A DNA stretch of 64,000 bases from Zygnema circumcarinatum SAG 698-1b (Eukaryota; Plantae; Zygnematophyceae), in contig CM074810.1 of the NCBI GenBank assembly GCA_037447605.1, positions 1,894,880 through 1,958,879 of the forward strand, read 5' to 3'. The notes beneath the pieces are model-generated. The model was given only the letters and a program-made list of their open reading frames with translations. It had not been told where the DNA came from and searched no databases. Positions 10,479 through 22,417 of the stretch are shown one piece after another (the stretch's first letter is position 1; each line of letters begins with the position of its first letter). Made by a program: the position numbers and the translations under genes.

Positions 10479-12506
10479 ATGAGGCCATGGTTCGCACTGA
10501 TGCTTCTCGCTTTCATCTCCCCCGCGATCCTTTTGGTGCTGAAAGGAGAGGTCATTCGGGGTAGGGTTTTGGAAAGCTCCAGGGTTCAGGGTCACCTGGA
10601 AACGGAACCCCCCCAAATTCCGAATGTTTATGTAGAGGAAAGTGCCAAAGGGGCGGAGAGTTTAAAGCAGGGTTCAGGGGCAGACTTGGACGAGAACTTA
10701 AAGAAGAGCCTCAAGGGTTCAAAGGGGGAGGGTTCAGAAGGTTCAAAGGAGGAGGAGGAGGAGGTGGTGAAGGGTTTAAGGGATGGAGTGGGAGAGAGAC
10801 GGAGGGCGGCGGAAGTTTCTCATTTTTGGAATTTCCATCGTCACTATCGTCCCGCGAAGCGCTCTCTCTCCAACAAATGTTGGTCCAAAGCGGAGAGGCA
10901 GAGCTACTACCGACCGGGTGGGGACATCATGACCTCTCCCTCTCTCCTCTCTTTCCTCTCCCTCTACTCAGAGAGGCACCGTGCCTGCACGACAGGTGTC
11001 AAAAACTGGACCGCTCTCCTTCTGGGAGAGGAGCTCCCTCCCTCTCTCCCTCTCCCTCCTCCCTCTCCCCGAGCCAATAGCAGCAATGCGGGTAGAAGTG
11101 ATACAGGGGGAGTTGCTTGCCAGTATTTGGTCCATGAACCAAGCTCTCCCGGAGTCGGAAATCGACTTTTGGCAGTTGTGGCTGCCTTCACATATGCAAT
11201 TGTAACGGATCGCGTATTACTGACAACGGATTGGTCGCTCTCTGTGATGCTATGTCAGCCCTTTGAGGGCTCGCAGTGGTATCTCCCCTCCTCTCTCACT
11301 CCCCCAAGAGAGAGACTCCTCAAAATTTCAGACCTTTCAGTTGAGGAAGAAAAGTTTTCGGAGCTGGCAAAAAAAATTTCGCGAAAGGAAGCGCCGCCGT
11401 CGGCGTGGTTTGAGCTCTCGTTTCGATGGCAAACGGAAGACCAAAGTTTTTTCTGCCCGGAAGTGCAGGAAAGAATTCGGAAGCACCTGACCGTGGTGAC
11501 GGTCAGCACTGAACAATACTTCGCAGTGGGGCTGCTCGGTATCAAAAGATTTCGGAAGACGATCGAGAAATATATTCCTGACCGGGCAGTTTTCACACAT
11601 TTGGGGAGGTTTCTTCTGCATCCGACCAACTTTGTATGGGAAAAAATTACCCGATTGTATAGAATGCATTTTCAAAGTGCTGCCCGGAAAGTCGGGCTGC
11701 AGGTTCGAACTTTTCAGGAGAATGACACTTACGCTCATCCTCGCCTTTTAGAGTGCCTTGTGAATGTGAGCCAAGCTCTACCCCCTCCCATATATTACAA
11801 GGAGTGGGAGGAGATGATGTTGTGGGGGAATGGGGGTTCAGAAACCGCAAAAAAAGTTGAAAATGTTTTCAATAACTACGCCTCTGCGGAGCATGTGCTT
11901 CTCTTTGTAACTTCCCTTAACCAACATCACGGAGAGTTTCTACGAGAAGCTTACATGGAAGGAGTTGCAAGCAACGGAAAACTGGTGAATGTGCATTCCT
12001 ATGTGAGCCAAGGGAAGGAGAGCCATGATGTAGCGCAGGATTTGAAAGCGCTGACGGAAATTTGGTTACTTAGTTTCAGCGAAACTCTTCTAACGAGTCA
12101 TTTCTCAACTTTTGGATATGTGGCGGCCGGGTTGGGAGGGAGAAGACCCTACCTTTTGAATATAATAAAAAAGGGGGCTTGGACTTTTGCTGTTCCCTTT
12201 GAAGAAAATGGGAGGCCGGTATGTGAGTTGGCAGTTTCGGCAGAGCCGTGTTCACACTTTCCTCCCAAGGATATGGTGTGTGGGAAGGGAAAGAAGGGAT
12301 GGGAGGGAGAGAGAGAGAGAGAGGGAGAGGGGGAGGGGGAGGGGGAGGGGGAGATGGGGTTTCCGTCTTATGTGAAGCCGTGCCAAGATGCAAGTTTCGG
12401 GTATCGAGTGGTTTCGGTGGAGGCGGAGGAAGAAGAGGGAGAGGGAGGGAGACGGAAGAGAAAAGATGGGGGGAAGTGGAGAGCGGAGAGGCAGGAGGAT
12501 AGTTAG
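10479..12506 (+). CDS. FUT: GT37 alpha-1,2-fucosyltransferase (xyloglucan FUT-like), intronless, 675 aa
   Basis: N-terminal TM anchor. Motifs GVGNRLL, FLLHPTNFVW, KVGLQVR, LFVTSL, ALTEIWLLSFSETLLTSHFSTFGYVAAGLGG and EPCSHFPP match the plant XG_FTase (GT37) family. Confidence 0.9.
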   Translation: MRPWFALMLLAFISPAILLVLKGEVIRGRVLESSRVQGHLETEPPQIPNVYVEESAKGAESLKQGSGADLDENLKKSLKGSKGEGSEGSKEEEEEVVKGLRDGVGERRRAAEVSHFWNFHRHYRPAKRSLSNKCWSKAERQSYYRPGGDIMTSPSLLSFLSLYSERHRACTTGVKNWTALLLGEELPPSLPLPPPSPRANSSNAGRSDTGGVACQYLVHEPSSPGVGNRLLAVVAAFTYAIVTDRVLLTTDWSLSVMLCQPFEGSQWYLPSSLTPPRERLLKISDLSVEEEKFSELAKKISRKEAPPSAWFELSFRWQTEDQSFFCPEVQERIRKHLTVVTVSTEQYFAVGLLGIKRFRKTIEKYIPDRAVFTHLGRFLLHPTNFVWEKITRLYRMHFQSAARKVGLQVRTFQENDTYAHPRLLECLVNVSQALPPPIYYKEWEEMMLWGNGGSETAKKVENVFNNYASAEHVLLFVTSLNQHHGEFLREAYMEGVASNGKLVNVHSYVSQGKESHDVAQDLKALTEIWLLSFSETLLTSHFSTFGYVAAGLGGRRPYLLNIIKKGAWTFAVPFEENGRPVCELAVSAEPCSHFPPKDMVCGKGKKGWEGEREREGEGEGEGEGEMGFPSYVKPCQDASFGYRVVSVEAEEEEGEGGRRKRKDGGKWRAERQEDS

Positions 12507-12833
12507 AGGAGAGGATACGAGGAGCTATGGGACGGTGTCAGAAAGGGGTTGCGCAGGGAATGGAGAAGAAGTGTGAGAAAAAGAGACGAGAGAGAGAGTG
12601 GGAGAGAGAGAGAGAGAGAAGGTGAGAGAGGGAGAGCGAGAGAGAGGGCACAGCTCACATTGCTAAGTCATTTATGGGCTCCTGGATACTCGCAATAATT
12701 GTCTACCAGAAGCTGAGGTAATTGAGATGTGTCTCGAAAGGCTCCAATAATGGGGTCATTTATTGGTTTTTTTTAGGCGTCACAGTCAAAAAAGAGAAAG
12801 GGTCGTTTTTCCGCAGACATGTTCGTGGGCGCC

Positions 12834-12932
<99 letters not shown>

Positions 12933-13522
12933 CGAGAGAGAACTCATGGAAAGGAGACTCTGTACAGTCATCTGTTAACGGCCTTTTTTTTTCTTAAGGG
13001 AATGTTATGGCAATTTTTGGAATGATGGAACATATTTTTTTTGCTGTGTGTAATCACAAAATGTGAGAGAGGGAGGAAGGGCAACAGGCGGGGAGGGAGG
13101 GAGGGAGGGAGGGAGGGGCGAGAAGACAAAAAATGTCTTTTGTTGATCATAATTAAAATGAAGCGCTTCCTTAACAACATGAAACCGCAAAAACTAAATA
13201 ATAATAATAATAATCAAATGTTCCAAGTACAAACTTAACGATCCGAACAAATTTCAAACAGATTTTGCTTCTCGCTCAATATTTTTATCAGTGTCGATAA
13301 ACTGCGCACTTCGCCACAACGAAACAAAAGGGACCGAAAGTAAAAACGGAGTGAAGAGGCCTAAGGACTTGTCACGTCACAGCTCCTCCCTGCTGTACAC
13401 ATAGAGCTGCTGCATCCATACCTTCACATTGTAAAAAAAAAAAACATGGCTCCTATTCATTACAGAATTTCCCTCCCCCCTTCTCATTTCTTTCATCCCC
13501 CCCCCCTTTTTTTTTTGTCTTT

Positions 13523-15487
13523 TCATTCGTCTCCTTTCTTCTTCCGCAACTTAGCCGTCTGTTGTTGCTGAAGCCATGGCCGGTACATTTTGTCGTTTTC
13601 CAATGCGGGTTTTTGGTATCCGTACGGGCAATCTCTGCTGTATCCTTTGATCCTTAACCGGGTTCCGTTCACAGCCATGTAGCGGGAGATTCCCTTACTG
13701 GGGGACCGGTCCATAATAAGATTTTTGGGTTGTGGAAGTTGCCAATTTTTGGGGTACGGAACAGGGTTGGTTTCATAGCGAACATGCCAAACAAGCACAT
13801 CTTGACAACCATTGGCGAGGGGTTCCAACTGTTGGGGGCCGGGAATGAGCCGGTCGATAAATAGGGACTCAATAATACTGGTCATTATTGGGTATTTGGG
13901 TATTCGATTAGGAGCAACGAAGGGAGAGAGGGAGAGGAGAACAGAGGGGAGGGACAGATGTTAATCAGAAAAGGGAGGGGAGAAGGGGAATTGGGGAGGG
14001 AGGGAGGGGGGGGATTACATGTGAAGGAAGGTTTTTGCCTTAAAGTGATGGGAACAAATGTCTATTTCAATGAGATGACAAAGAGGAGAAAGAAGATACA
14101 GAAACGAGAGTGCTAACACGGAAAAAAAAAAAAACTTTGAACCTTTTTTCAGCAAATGAACAAACATGTCAACACAAAATGAAAACAAACAAAATGAATG
14201 AATAGAGGGATTTTAAAACTTACGGCGATTTCCCTCCAAACCGGACGGGATGCCTTGGCCGCTCTGTGAATTCATCCGATGGCTCCCACAGCAGAGAAGA
14301 CCTTCAACCCCAAATAGGCGAACCATGTCACAAATAAACTTGCAGAGAAGTCAAGAATGTCAGCGAGTCTTTGCTATTACATGTATCGTATGGAGGGGTT
14401 AAAATGGCACCCTACTCTCCTTGCCATTCTCACAAAGGGGGAGGGGGAGGGGGAGGGGGAGGGGGAGGGGAGGGGGAGGGGGAGGGGAGGGGGAGGGGAG
14501 GGGAGGGGGAGGGGGAGGGGGAGGGGGAGGGGGAGGGGGAGGGGGAGGGGAGGGGGAGGGGAGGGGGAGGGGGAGGGGAGGGGGAGGGGGAGGGGGAGGG
14601 GGAGGGGGAGGGGGAGGGGAGGGGGAGGGGGAGGGGGAGGGGGAGGGGAGGGGAGGGGGGGAGGGGAGGGGGAGGGGGAGGGGAGAGGGAGGGGAGGGGG
14701 AGGGGGAGGGGAGGGGAGGGGGAGGGGAGGGAGGGGAGGGGGAGGGGGAGTGGGGAGGGGGAGGGGGAGTGGGGAGGGGGAGGGGAGGGGAGGGGGAGGG
14801 GAGGGGGAGGGGAGGGGGAGGGGAGTGAGGGGGAGGGGGAGTGGGGAGGGAGGGAGGGAGTGGGGAGGGGGAGGGGAGGAGGGAGTGGGGAGGGGAAGGG
14901 GGAGGGCAAGTGTGGGAGAGGACCAAATGACAATTTTTTTTTTATTCACCCTTTCGCTCTCTCTCTCTTCCCCTTCCCCCCCCCCCCTCTGTAGACAGCC
15001 ATGTGTCATACTCCCATCGCTATTGTGGGTTCATTTCATTCATCACAGAAGCCATCATCAACAATGTAGGCAAGGATTGGACCTCACCTGAAGGCGAACC
15101 CCGCCATATCAAGATGATATTTCCTAAGCTCGTCCTGCTTTCTATTCCGGGACAACAGCTCCTGGTTGAATTGGAGAAAATGCTCGGAAGTTTCCCACCC
15201 CACCACTTCTAATTGGCCCGAATTATTGGCCACAACGGGTCTCTCCACAAATAGGTCCAACTGGAGGTTCGGTTTTTCCTTTAAGGAAGGAGTCATAATG
15301 TTCACATACTCTTCGGAAAACATAATCGCAACAGGAAGGACTCCAACCGTCTTTACTTTCCGCAACTCTTCAAACAACTGCATTCCTCCTCGCATGAATG
15401 GCAGGGAAGAGGGGAGAGTGTGAGCGAGAGAGAGAATGAGAGAGAAAGTGAGGGAGGGTGGGGAGGAAGAAGGAGAGGAAGAGAAAG

Positions 15488-15543
<56 letters not shown>

Positions 15544-17117
15544 GGAGAGAGAGAGAGAGAACGAGAGATGCACGGAGCATACATGCTCACCATGGGGCTA
15601 TATGCATTATCGTCATCCATGAAATACACAACTCCGTTGATCCTCCCGCTCTCGATGTAATCGAGAGCAGCATTCCGCTGCTGCACTCCGCGACTCCGAA
15701 ACACACTCCCTGACTGTACACGCCCTCCCCAAACTCTCCAAATCAGCCCTACAGATTCCTTCTAAATCCTTCAATATCTAACGAGGATTCTGAACTTTCC
15801 CTCCCTTTTTCGTCGTAATTCATCTACAGTAGACTACGCTTATTCGGATGAAATCAAAATTTGTACAAGCAGAACGTTAGAAGTAATTTCGTCGTCAAAT
15901 TTCGCGAGAGGACCTTTTTGGTGGATGCTAACAGAGTGTAGTTGAGAGAAGAGCACTCCTCCGCGGCTCCTATCTTCATGCAGTTTCCAGCCACTCTCCC
16001 TAATAGGAGGGAAGTTTCAGTCGTCTGCATCCGTTCCCAGAATGTAAAATTTTTCAGGGTTTAAGAGTGTGGGTCTCCGAGGTTTTCTGTTCTTTGACTT
16101 TTAGTGTTTTTACCTTTTTAAAGCTGTAAGGTTTAGAGTTTCTTAGGATTTAGGATTTTGAGAAAATCAGGCCTTTATTCTCCTCTCGTCCAGATTTTTC
16201 AGCAAAGTTAGAATTCCGCTCCCCCTACTTCCAACCTCCCCCCACAGTCCTTCCCCCGTTCTCTATCCCTCCCTTCCTTCCCCCTCCACCTTCCGCCCTT
16301 CCCCGTCTACCCCTTCTCCCTCTCCTTCTCCTCTCCCTCCCTCCCTCTCCCTCACCCCGTCCCTCCCTCCTTTCCTCCCTACCTCCCTCCCTCTCCCGCT
16401 CCTCCCCCACCTCCCTCCCCCCTTCCCTCTCTCCCTCATTTCCTCTCCATCTCCCCCCTCCCCCTCCTCCTCCCTCCCACCCTCCCTTCTCCCTCCCTCC
16501 CCACAAAACCCTCCCTCTTCCCTCCCTCCCTCCCTCCCTTCCCCCCACCTCCCTCCTCCCTTCCTCTCCCCCTCCCCTCCTCCCTCCCTCCCCCCACCCT
16601 CCCTCCTCCCTCCCTTCCCCCCTCACCCTCACTCCTCCCTCCCTCCCTTCCCCCACCCTCCCTCCACCCTTCCTCCCACCCCCCCCCCTCCTCCCTCNNN
16701 NNNNNNNCTCCCACCCCCCCCCCTCCTCCCTCCCTCCCTCATCTCCTCCTCCTTCTCCCCCACCTTCCTCTCCGCCTCCACCACTATCCAGAGCAGCGGT
16801 GGCGGCACAAGCCTCAGCAGCGCTGCCAGCCGCGTCAAATGCAGCCCTTGCGCCGCACGTGCGAACGTGGGAGTCACGCATATTAGGAGCGGCTGGGGTT
16901 TAGGGTTTAAGCCCTCCTCGGGGTCGTCCTCTTCGGCGACCTCCGCCCGCCATGGCTGCCGGAGGGCCAGCCGCAGAGCCGCGGGGACCTCCAGCGCGGG
17001 GCAGGGCGGGCGGGCCGCGAGGAGGAGCTGCGGGAAGAGGACCGCCGAGAACAAGCTGCTCGCCACGACCACCGCGAGGAGGAGGAGGGGGAGGCCGCCC
17101 GCCCGGCAGACGGACAT
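13523..17117 (-). CDS. GT43 glycosyltransferase (IRX9/IRX14/GlcAT-like), 6 exons
   Basis: Exons 17117-16764, 16024-15914, 15713-15591, 15377-15088, 14301-14224 and 13877-13523 are phase-consistent. TM anchor; motifs LLICVTPTF..Q..HLTRLA..LRLVPPPLLWIVVE, QQRNAAL.YI..GVVYFMDDDNAY, DMAGFAF and LEPLANGCQDVLVWH. Confidence 0.9.
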
Positions 17118-17125
17118 CCTCCCGA

Positions 17126-17372
17126 GGGGTTAGGGTTAGGGTTTAGGGTGGAGGTTGTAGGGTGTGGGGTGTAGGGTGTGGGGTGTAGGGTGTGGGGTGT
17201 AGGGTGGGTGTAGGGTGTAGGGTGTAGGGTGTAGGGTGTAGGTGTAGGGTGTAGGGTGTAGGGTGTAGGGTGTAAGGTGTAGGGTGTAGGGTGTAGGGTT
17301 TAGGGTTTAGGGTGTAGGGTGGAGGGTTTAGTGTGTAGGGTGTAGGGGGTGAGGTTTAGGGTTTAGGGTTTA
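17126..17372. repeat. telomere-variant 7-mer array (TGTAGGG)n mixed with TTTAGGG, just upstream of the GT43 start codon
   Basis: More than 20 GGGTGTA/GGGTTTA units directly visible. Confidence 0.9.
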
Positions 17373-18337
17373 GCGAACATATGTTGAAATTTAGGGTGTA
17401 GGGTTCAGAAAGTAGATGAATGGAATGAAATGAATGGCTACTGGGTGCAGGATGTCGGAATTATAGAGTAATTAGGGGAGAGGGCTGAGGGGTGCAGGCC
17501 GTATAGTGTAGGGTTTAAAAGGAAAGGGTTCACGGTTTAAGATCAGGGTTTAAGGGAAGATGAACACTCGGGGTGCAGGGGAGCCTAGGACCCGGTTTGG
17601 ATAGGGTCAGGGTTCAGGGTAAAAAAGGAGTATTAGGGTTTTGATGACAGGCAGTCTAGGGTCTAGGTTTCAGGGTTCAGGGCCTACGTTATGGGGTTTG
17701 GAGTTCAGAACTTGGACAGAATTCCAGCTGCCATTAACGGTCGAGTTTCCGGAGGGGTTTCGTTTTGTCACAAAACGACAAAGATGTACCAGGAAATCTA
17801 AGATCGCTTACCGTACAGTCAGGTCCTTATTTCCGAATCCTGGTTCATCATACGACAATTTAGTGGATACGGTTCGTACGCACTGTATTGGACGTCCGGA
17901 CATTGTCCGTATTATCATTCTCTGTTAGACGTTACAAGCACACAGTTTTACATGCGGCAACTGGATCGCTGTTGGCGATCTATGTGCTCGAAACCTGTTC
18001 AACGGGTTTCTTGACGACCCACATATTTGCTCCGAAAAGGACTCCATGGATAGCCATCCCTGGATGCCTTCCTTTCCTTCCCCCCCCTTTTCCCTTTCTC
18101 TGTTCTCTCCCTCCCTTCGTCCTTCCCTCTCTATTGCACTCCCTCCCTCTCCCTTCACTCTCCCTCCTTCTCTTTTCTCTCTCTCCCTCCTTCCTTCTCT
18201 CTTCCTCTTACTCCTTTCGCCCTCCCTCTCCCTTTCCTTTGCCTCCCTCTTCCTCTCCCTTCTCTCTTCCTTCCTCTCCCTCCCTCTCCCTCCCTCTCCC
18301 TTCACTCTCCCTCCTTCCTCCCATTCTGCTCTCCAAC

Positions 18338-21156
18338 ATGCACAACCTCCCATGCCTTCATCCCTGGCCGACCGTTCCGGCCTCTTCGAGAAAACCATTA
18401 CATTCTAATCTTAACCCTAATATGAACCCTAAATCATGTCTTTGCCTTACAACCCTAAGTTTTGCTTCACCCCCTCCCTCTAACCCCCCCTACCCGCGGC
18501 TTCCCCCCTCTAAACCCTTCACGAAATTCACGCCGCCTCGAAATCCCAAAAGCCGTCTCAAACCTGACACCCTTCCGAATTTTAATATCAATTTAAACTG
18601 TGAAATCTATAAAAGAAAATCGAACCCTAACCCCTCTTTTCGGGCCGCCTCATCTCCTGTCGCTTCTTCTGAACCCCTAAATTTGGCCTTATCTCCAGAT
18701 AATGAGTTTTATACGTGGCCAAGTCAGGGTGACGACGAATTGGGGTCAGAAAATTTTGGGGCTAAAAAAATAGGATCAGAAAATTTTGGGGTAGAAAAGT
18801 TAGGGTTTGAGGAGGAGACTGTACGGATGGTAGAGACTGCCATGCTGGCGGCTGCCGCGGGTCTCGCTTTCTTTGTCAGCACACTTCTGCGACTGGAGGT
18901 ACAAATAAAGGAAAGGAAATGAGGGGAGGAAAGAGAGGACGAGAGAGAGAGAACTGAAGAGAAGAGAGAGGGGAAAAAGAGGGAGCGAACAGAAACCATC
19001 TTAATAGTAACAGAAATCACATGATTGTAAATTTTGCAGTTTAGAGATTCTAAAGATTTTGCGCGTTAAAGAAAGTTTACATCACGCCATGACTCTTCCC
19101 CAGCGCCCCTCTCTGTCTTTGTCTCTCTCCCTTTCACTCTCTTCTCCACTCCCCCACCTCCCTCCCTCCCACCCTCCCTCCCTCCCTCCCTCCCTTCTTT
19201 CTTCCCTGTCCCCCGCAACCCTAGCAGTAAGGTTTTATTCCTTTTTTGGACTGTTATTTCTGCAGTCCCATTTGGCAAGTTTCTTTCCCCTGCCTGTAGT
19301 CATTTCATCTGTTCGTTTCGGTGCTTCTGCTGGTCGAAAAACTGTGGTGAGCCGTCCACCCTGTCTCCTACTCTGTCTTACTCTCACTCTCACTACCTCA
19401 GCACTCTCACTCACTCTCTCTTTCACTTACTCTCCCTCCGCTCTCTATCCACACTTGCCCTCTCTTCTCACTCCCTCTCATTTGTCTCAGTCTCTCGCGT
19501 CTCCTGCTCCCTCCCAGCCTCCTCTCCCTCAGTCTCCCCTTCCCCCCCCCTTTGTTTCTCTCCCCTCCCCCACCCCACACTCTTTCTCCCCACCCAATGC
19601 TCCCGCTCCCTTCCCTACCTCCCACGCTCGCTCTCCCCCTCCCTCCCTCCCGCCCTGCCCTCTCCCTCCCTCTCTCTCTCTCTCCCCCTCCCTTCCTCCC
19701 TCCTCCCTCTCTCCCCAGATGTGGATAGTTTTTCCCATTCGTGTTTTTTCCTTTTTCCTACTTTGGGTGCGGCAGGTGGCCACTGCCCTCCTCCTATTCG
19801 TCCTTTCGGGTCCGCTAAAAGCTATTTCTTACATTGTGAGAAAAAAAACCATTCACTTTCTGGGAAATATTTCGACTTGGAATGGAATTGTTGGACGTTT
19901 TGTAGGCATGAATATAAAATATAAAAAAAGAGAGGGAGAGATTGCATTTGATTGGAGCATTGCATACTGCATGTGACGACTGTCACGCACAGAGTAAGAG
20001 AAAAACGGGAACAAAAGTGGACCATCGTTTTCTGGTTTCTTTGGGTTTTTGCTGTTCGACTTTTTTCAGGCGATTGCTCTTTGGAAGCATATTAACTTCC
20101 AGAATCTTTTGAAATTTTGAAATTGGCTTAGTTCTGTTTCTGAGCATGTTTCTTTCGTTGTTATGTTGTTGCCTCCCTTCAGTTGATGGACGGAGCTGTT
20201 GGGTTTGCTATGGGGGCTCTCTGGAGGTGCGCTCTCTCCCTCTCTCTCTCTCTCTCTCACTCTCACGCTCTCGCTCCCCCAGTCATTCTGACATCCCATT
20301 TTTTTGTACCATTTGTGAAAGAAAGACGTATTTTTTCCTTTCGTGAAGGAGCAACCGACCTGTATGAAGTGATTTTTTGTTTCTTTTCATTTTTCTGATT
20401 TTTACAAATTTGTAATTCCTTTCTGTTTTTAAGAAAATGCCGAGTTGGGGCTTTGGGGTTTGTTGGAAGCAGGTGGCGGGTTTCGTGGCCTATTTCAATC
20501 GTCATTTGTGCTTTGGTTCGATTTTTTAACCAATTTTAAACCCCGTTTGCACCCCATTTGTATTTTTTCGCTTGTCGTCATCAATTTCATCAATATTAAT
20601 TTTCAAGTTTGACTTCAAAAAAAATTGCAGGTTCGTTGCGTTGGGATTATCGGCTTCCTTGGAATTTCGTCGTTTCTCATGCAAGAAAACATTCCTGCTT
20701 TGGTATGAGATTCCCTCCCCCTAAAAAATGAGAGACAGAGAAGAAAGGGAGAGAGAGAAGGGAGAGGAGAGAGAGAGAGAGAGAGAGAGAGCTCTCACTC
20801 CCCCTCCCCCCCCGCTCTTCTTCTCTTATTTTTTTCCTCTCGTCCTTTTAACAAACATTCTTCCCTTTGTGAACACGTTCACTCCTCGATGCGCCTTTCT
20901 TTCTTTTTTTTTCGGCCTTCCTTTTTCCTTTTTCCTTTTCTCTTATCTCTAAATAAATGAGTGCAATTTTTTTTTGTTTTTTCAGATTTTGGCAAATGCG
21001 CACGCGTCCATATCTCACCTCCTCTCGTCTATGGGCTCTCCCATCGTGCCCTCCATTCAGTTTGTGTATGCGTCCGCCGCAGCCATTGTGAGGGCTCTCC
21101 CCTCCTCCCTCTCTCTCCCTCTCTCTCTCCCCCTCTCCGCTTCTCCTCCCGTCCCT

Positions 21157-21197
<41 letters not shown>

Positions 21198-21649
21198 CCT
21201 CTCCGCCTCTCCTCCCCTCCCTCCCCCCCTCCCTCTCTCTCTCTCCCCCTCTCCGCTTTTCCTCCCCTCCCTTCCCCCCTCCCTCTCTCTCTCTCCCCCT
21301 CTCCACTTCTCCTCCCCTCCCTTTCCCCCTCTCTCTCTCTCTCTTTCTCTCTCTCTCCCCCTCTACGCCTCTCCTCCCCTCCCTCCCTTTCCCTCCCTCT
21401 CTCTCTCGCTCTCCCCCTCTTCTCCCTCCCTCCTGCAATCCACTCGTGTGGCGCATTTTCCTGTTTAGGATATTTTCCAAACCCTCATTCTGTAGCGCCG
21501 CCTTTTATTTATTTATTTTGTTACAGGTGTTCATAAACTGCATCACCTTCGTGGCCCTCCTCCACGTGCTCTACCTCCTCCTCCTCCGCCGCCTCGGGAT
21601 GCTCCGAGACGCGCCGCTGCCTGCCTGGCTAGAGAGAGCAGCTATGTAA
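18338..21649 (+). CDS. DUF2232-type multi-pass membrane protein with probable plastid transit peptide, 8 exons
   Basis: Exon 1 ends at 18898 (start ATG uncertain: 18338 or 18422), then 19266-19346, 19776-19835, 20183-20226, 20473-20515, 20631-20702, 20986-21087 and 21527-21649: VETAMLAAAAGLAFF..FFPLPVVISSVRFG..GRKTVVATALLLFVLSGPLKA..LLHVLY..RLGM..LPAWLERA. Family recognised from memory. Confidence 0.82.
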
Positions 21650-22417
21650 AATGACACAGTGAAAAAGAAGTCGGGTACAGGCAACATGCGCCTCTCTCTA
21701 TCTCTCTCCCTCCCTCTCATCCCCTCTCTTTCTCTCTCTCTCTCATCCCCTCTTTCTCTCTCTCTCTCTCCCTCTCATCCTCTCCCTCTCATCCTCTCTC
21801 ACCCTCTCTTTCTCTCTTTCTCTCTCGCTCTCTCAATCTGAGTACAGAGTTAGTGAGAGAGAGCGGCCATGGCGGCCCGCCCGCCGGAAAGGTCCCATAG
21901 GTCGGTGGGGCGTGCTCGCGTGTCGGTGCATAGGTCGGTTGGTCGGTGGCCGTATGGCACTTTAGAGGCCGTACAAGTTCGTGGGACGTTTTGGGACCCA
22001 AAAAGCCCCACATTGATTCATGTCCGTACGGAAATGGTCTATCCGTACGAACCAGATGACGAATGCGGCAAACTTCAAGTTTTCTAGCGAAAACTTTTGT
22101 GGCCCCTTTCTTTTATTTTTGGGATCAGAGGAAAATATGATTTCGTCGTCCTGTGGACAATCCTTCTAGGATTCGTACTGTGCAGTGGTAATAGTTTAGT
22201 TTGGTATAGTACTCGTTTTGGTTTCATATCCGTCCCATAATTATGGGTGGCTGCGGAGATGCAACGTGGCACGGCGACGGCTTAGTTTTGTGCGACCAGA
22301 TCCTGCCCGGAAAAACATTCGGCCAGATCCTGCTTTTAAAAACATTCGGCCAGATCCTGACCGGAAGACATTTAGCCAGACCTGCCCGGAAAAACATTCA
22401 GCCAGATNNNNNNNNNN

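Noticed and set aside
14357-15091. Long G/E/R- or P/S/L-rich ORFs here and at 8.8-10.3, 16.2-16.9, 35.2-36.6 and 48.3-48.9 kb
   Set aside because: They are translations of stop-free GA/CT microsatellites in introns or intergenic DNA.
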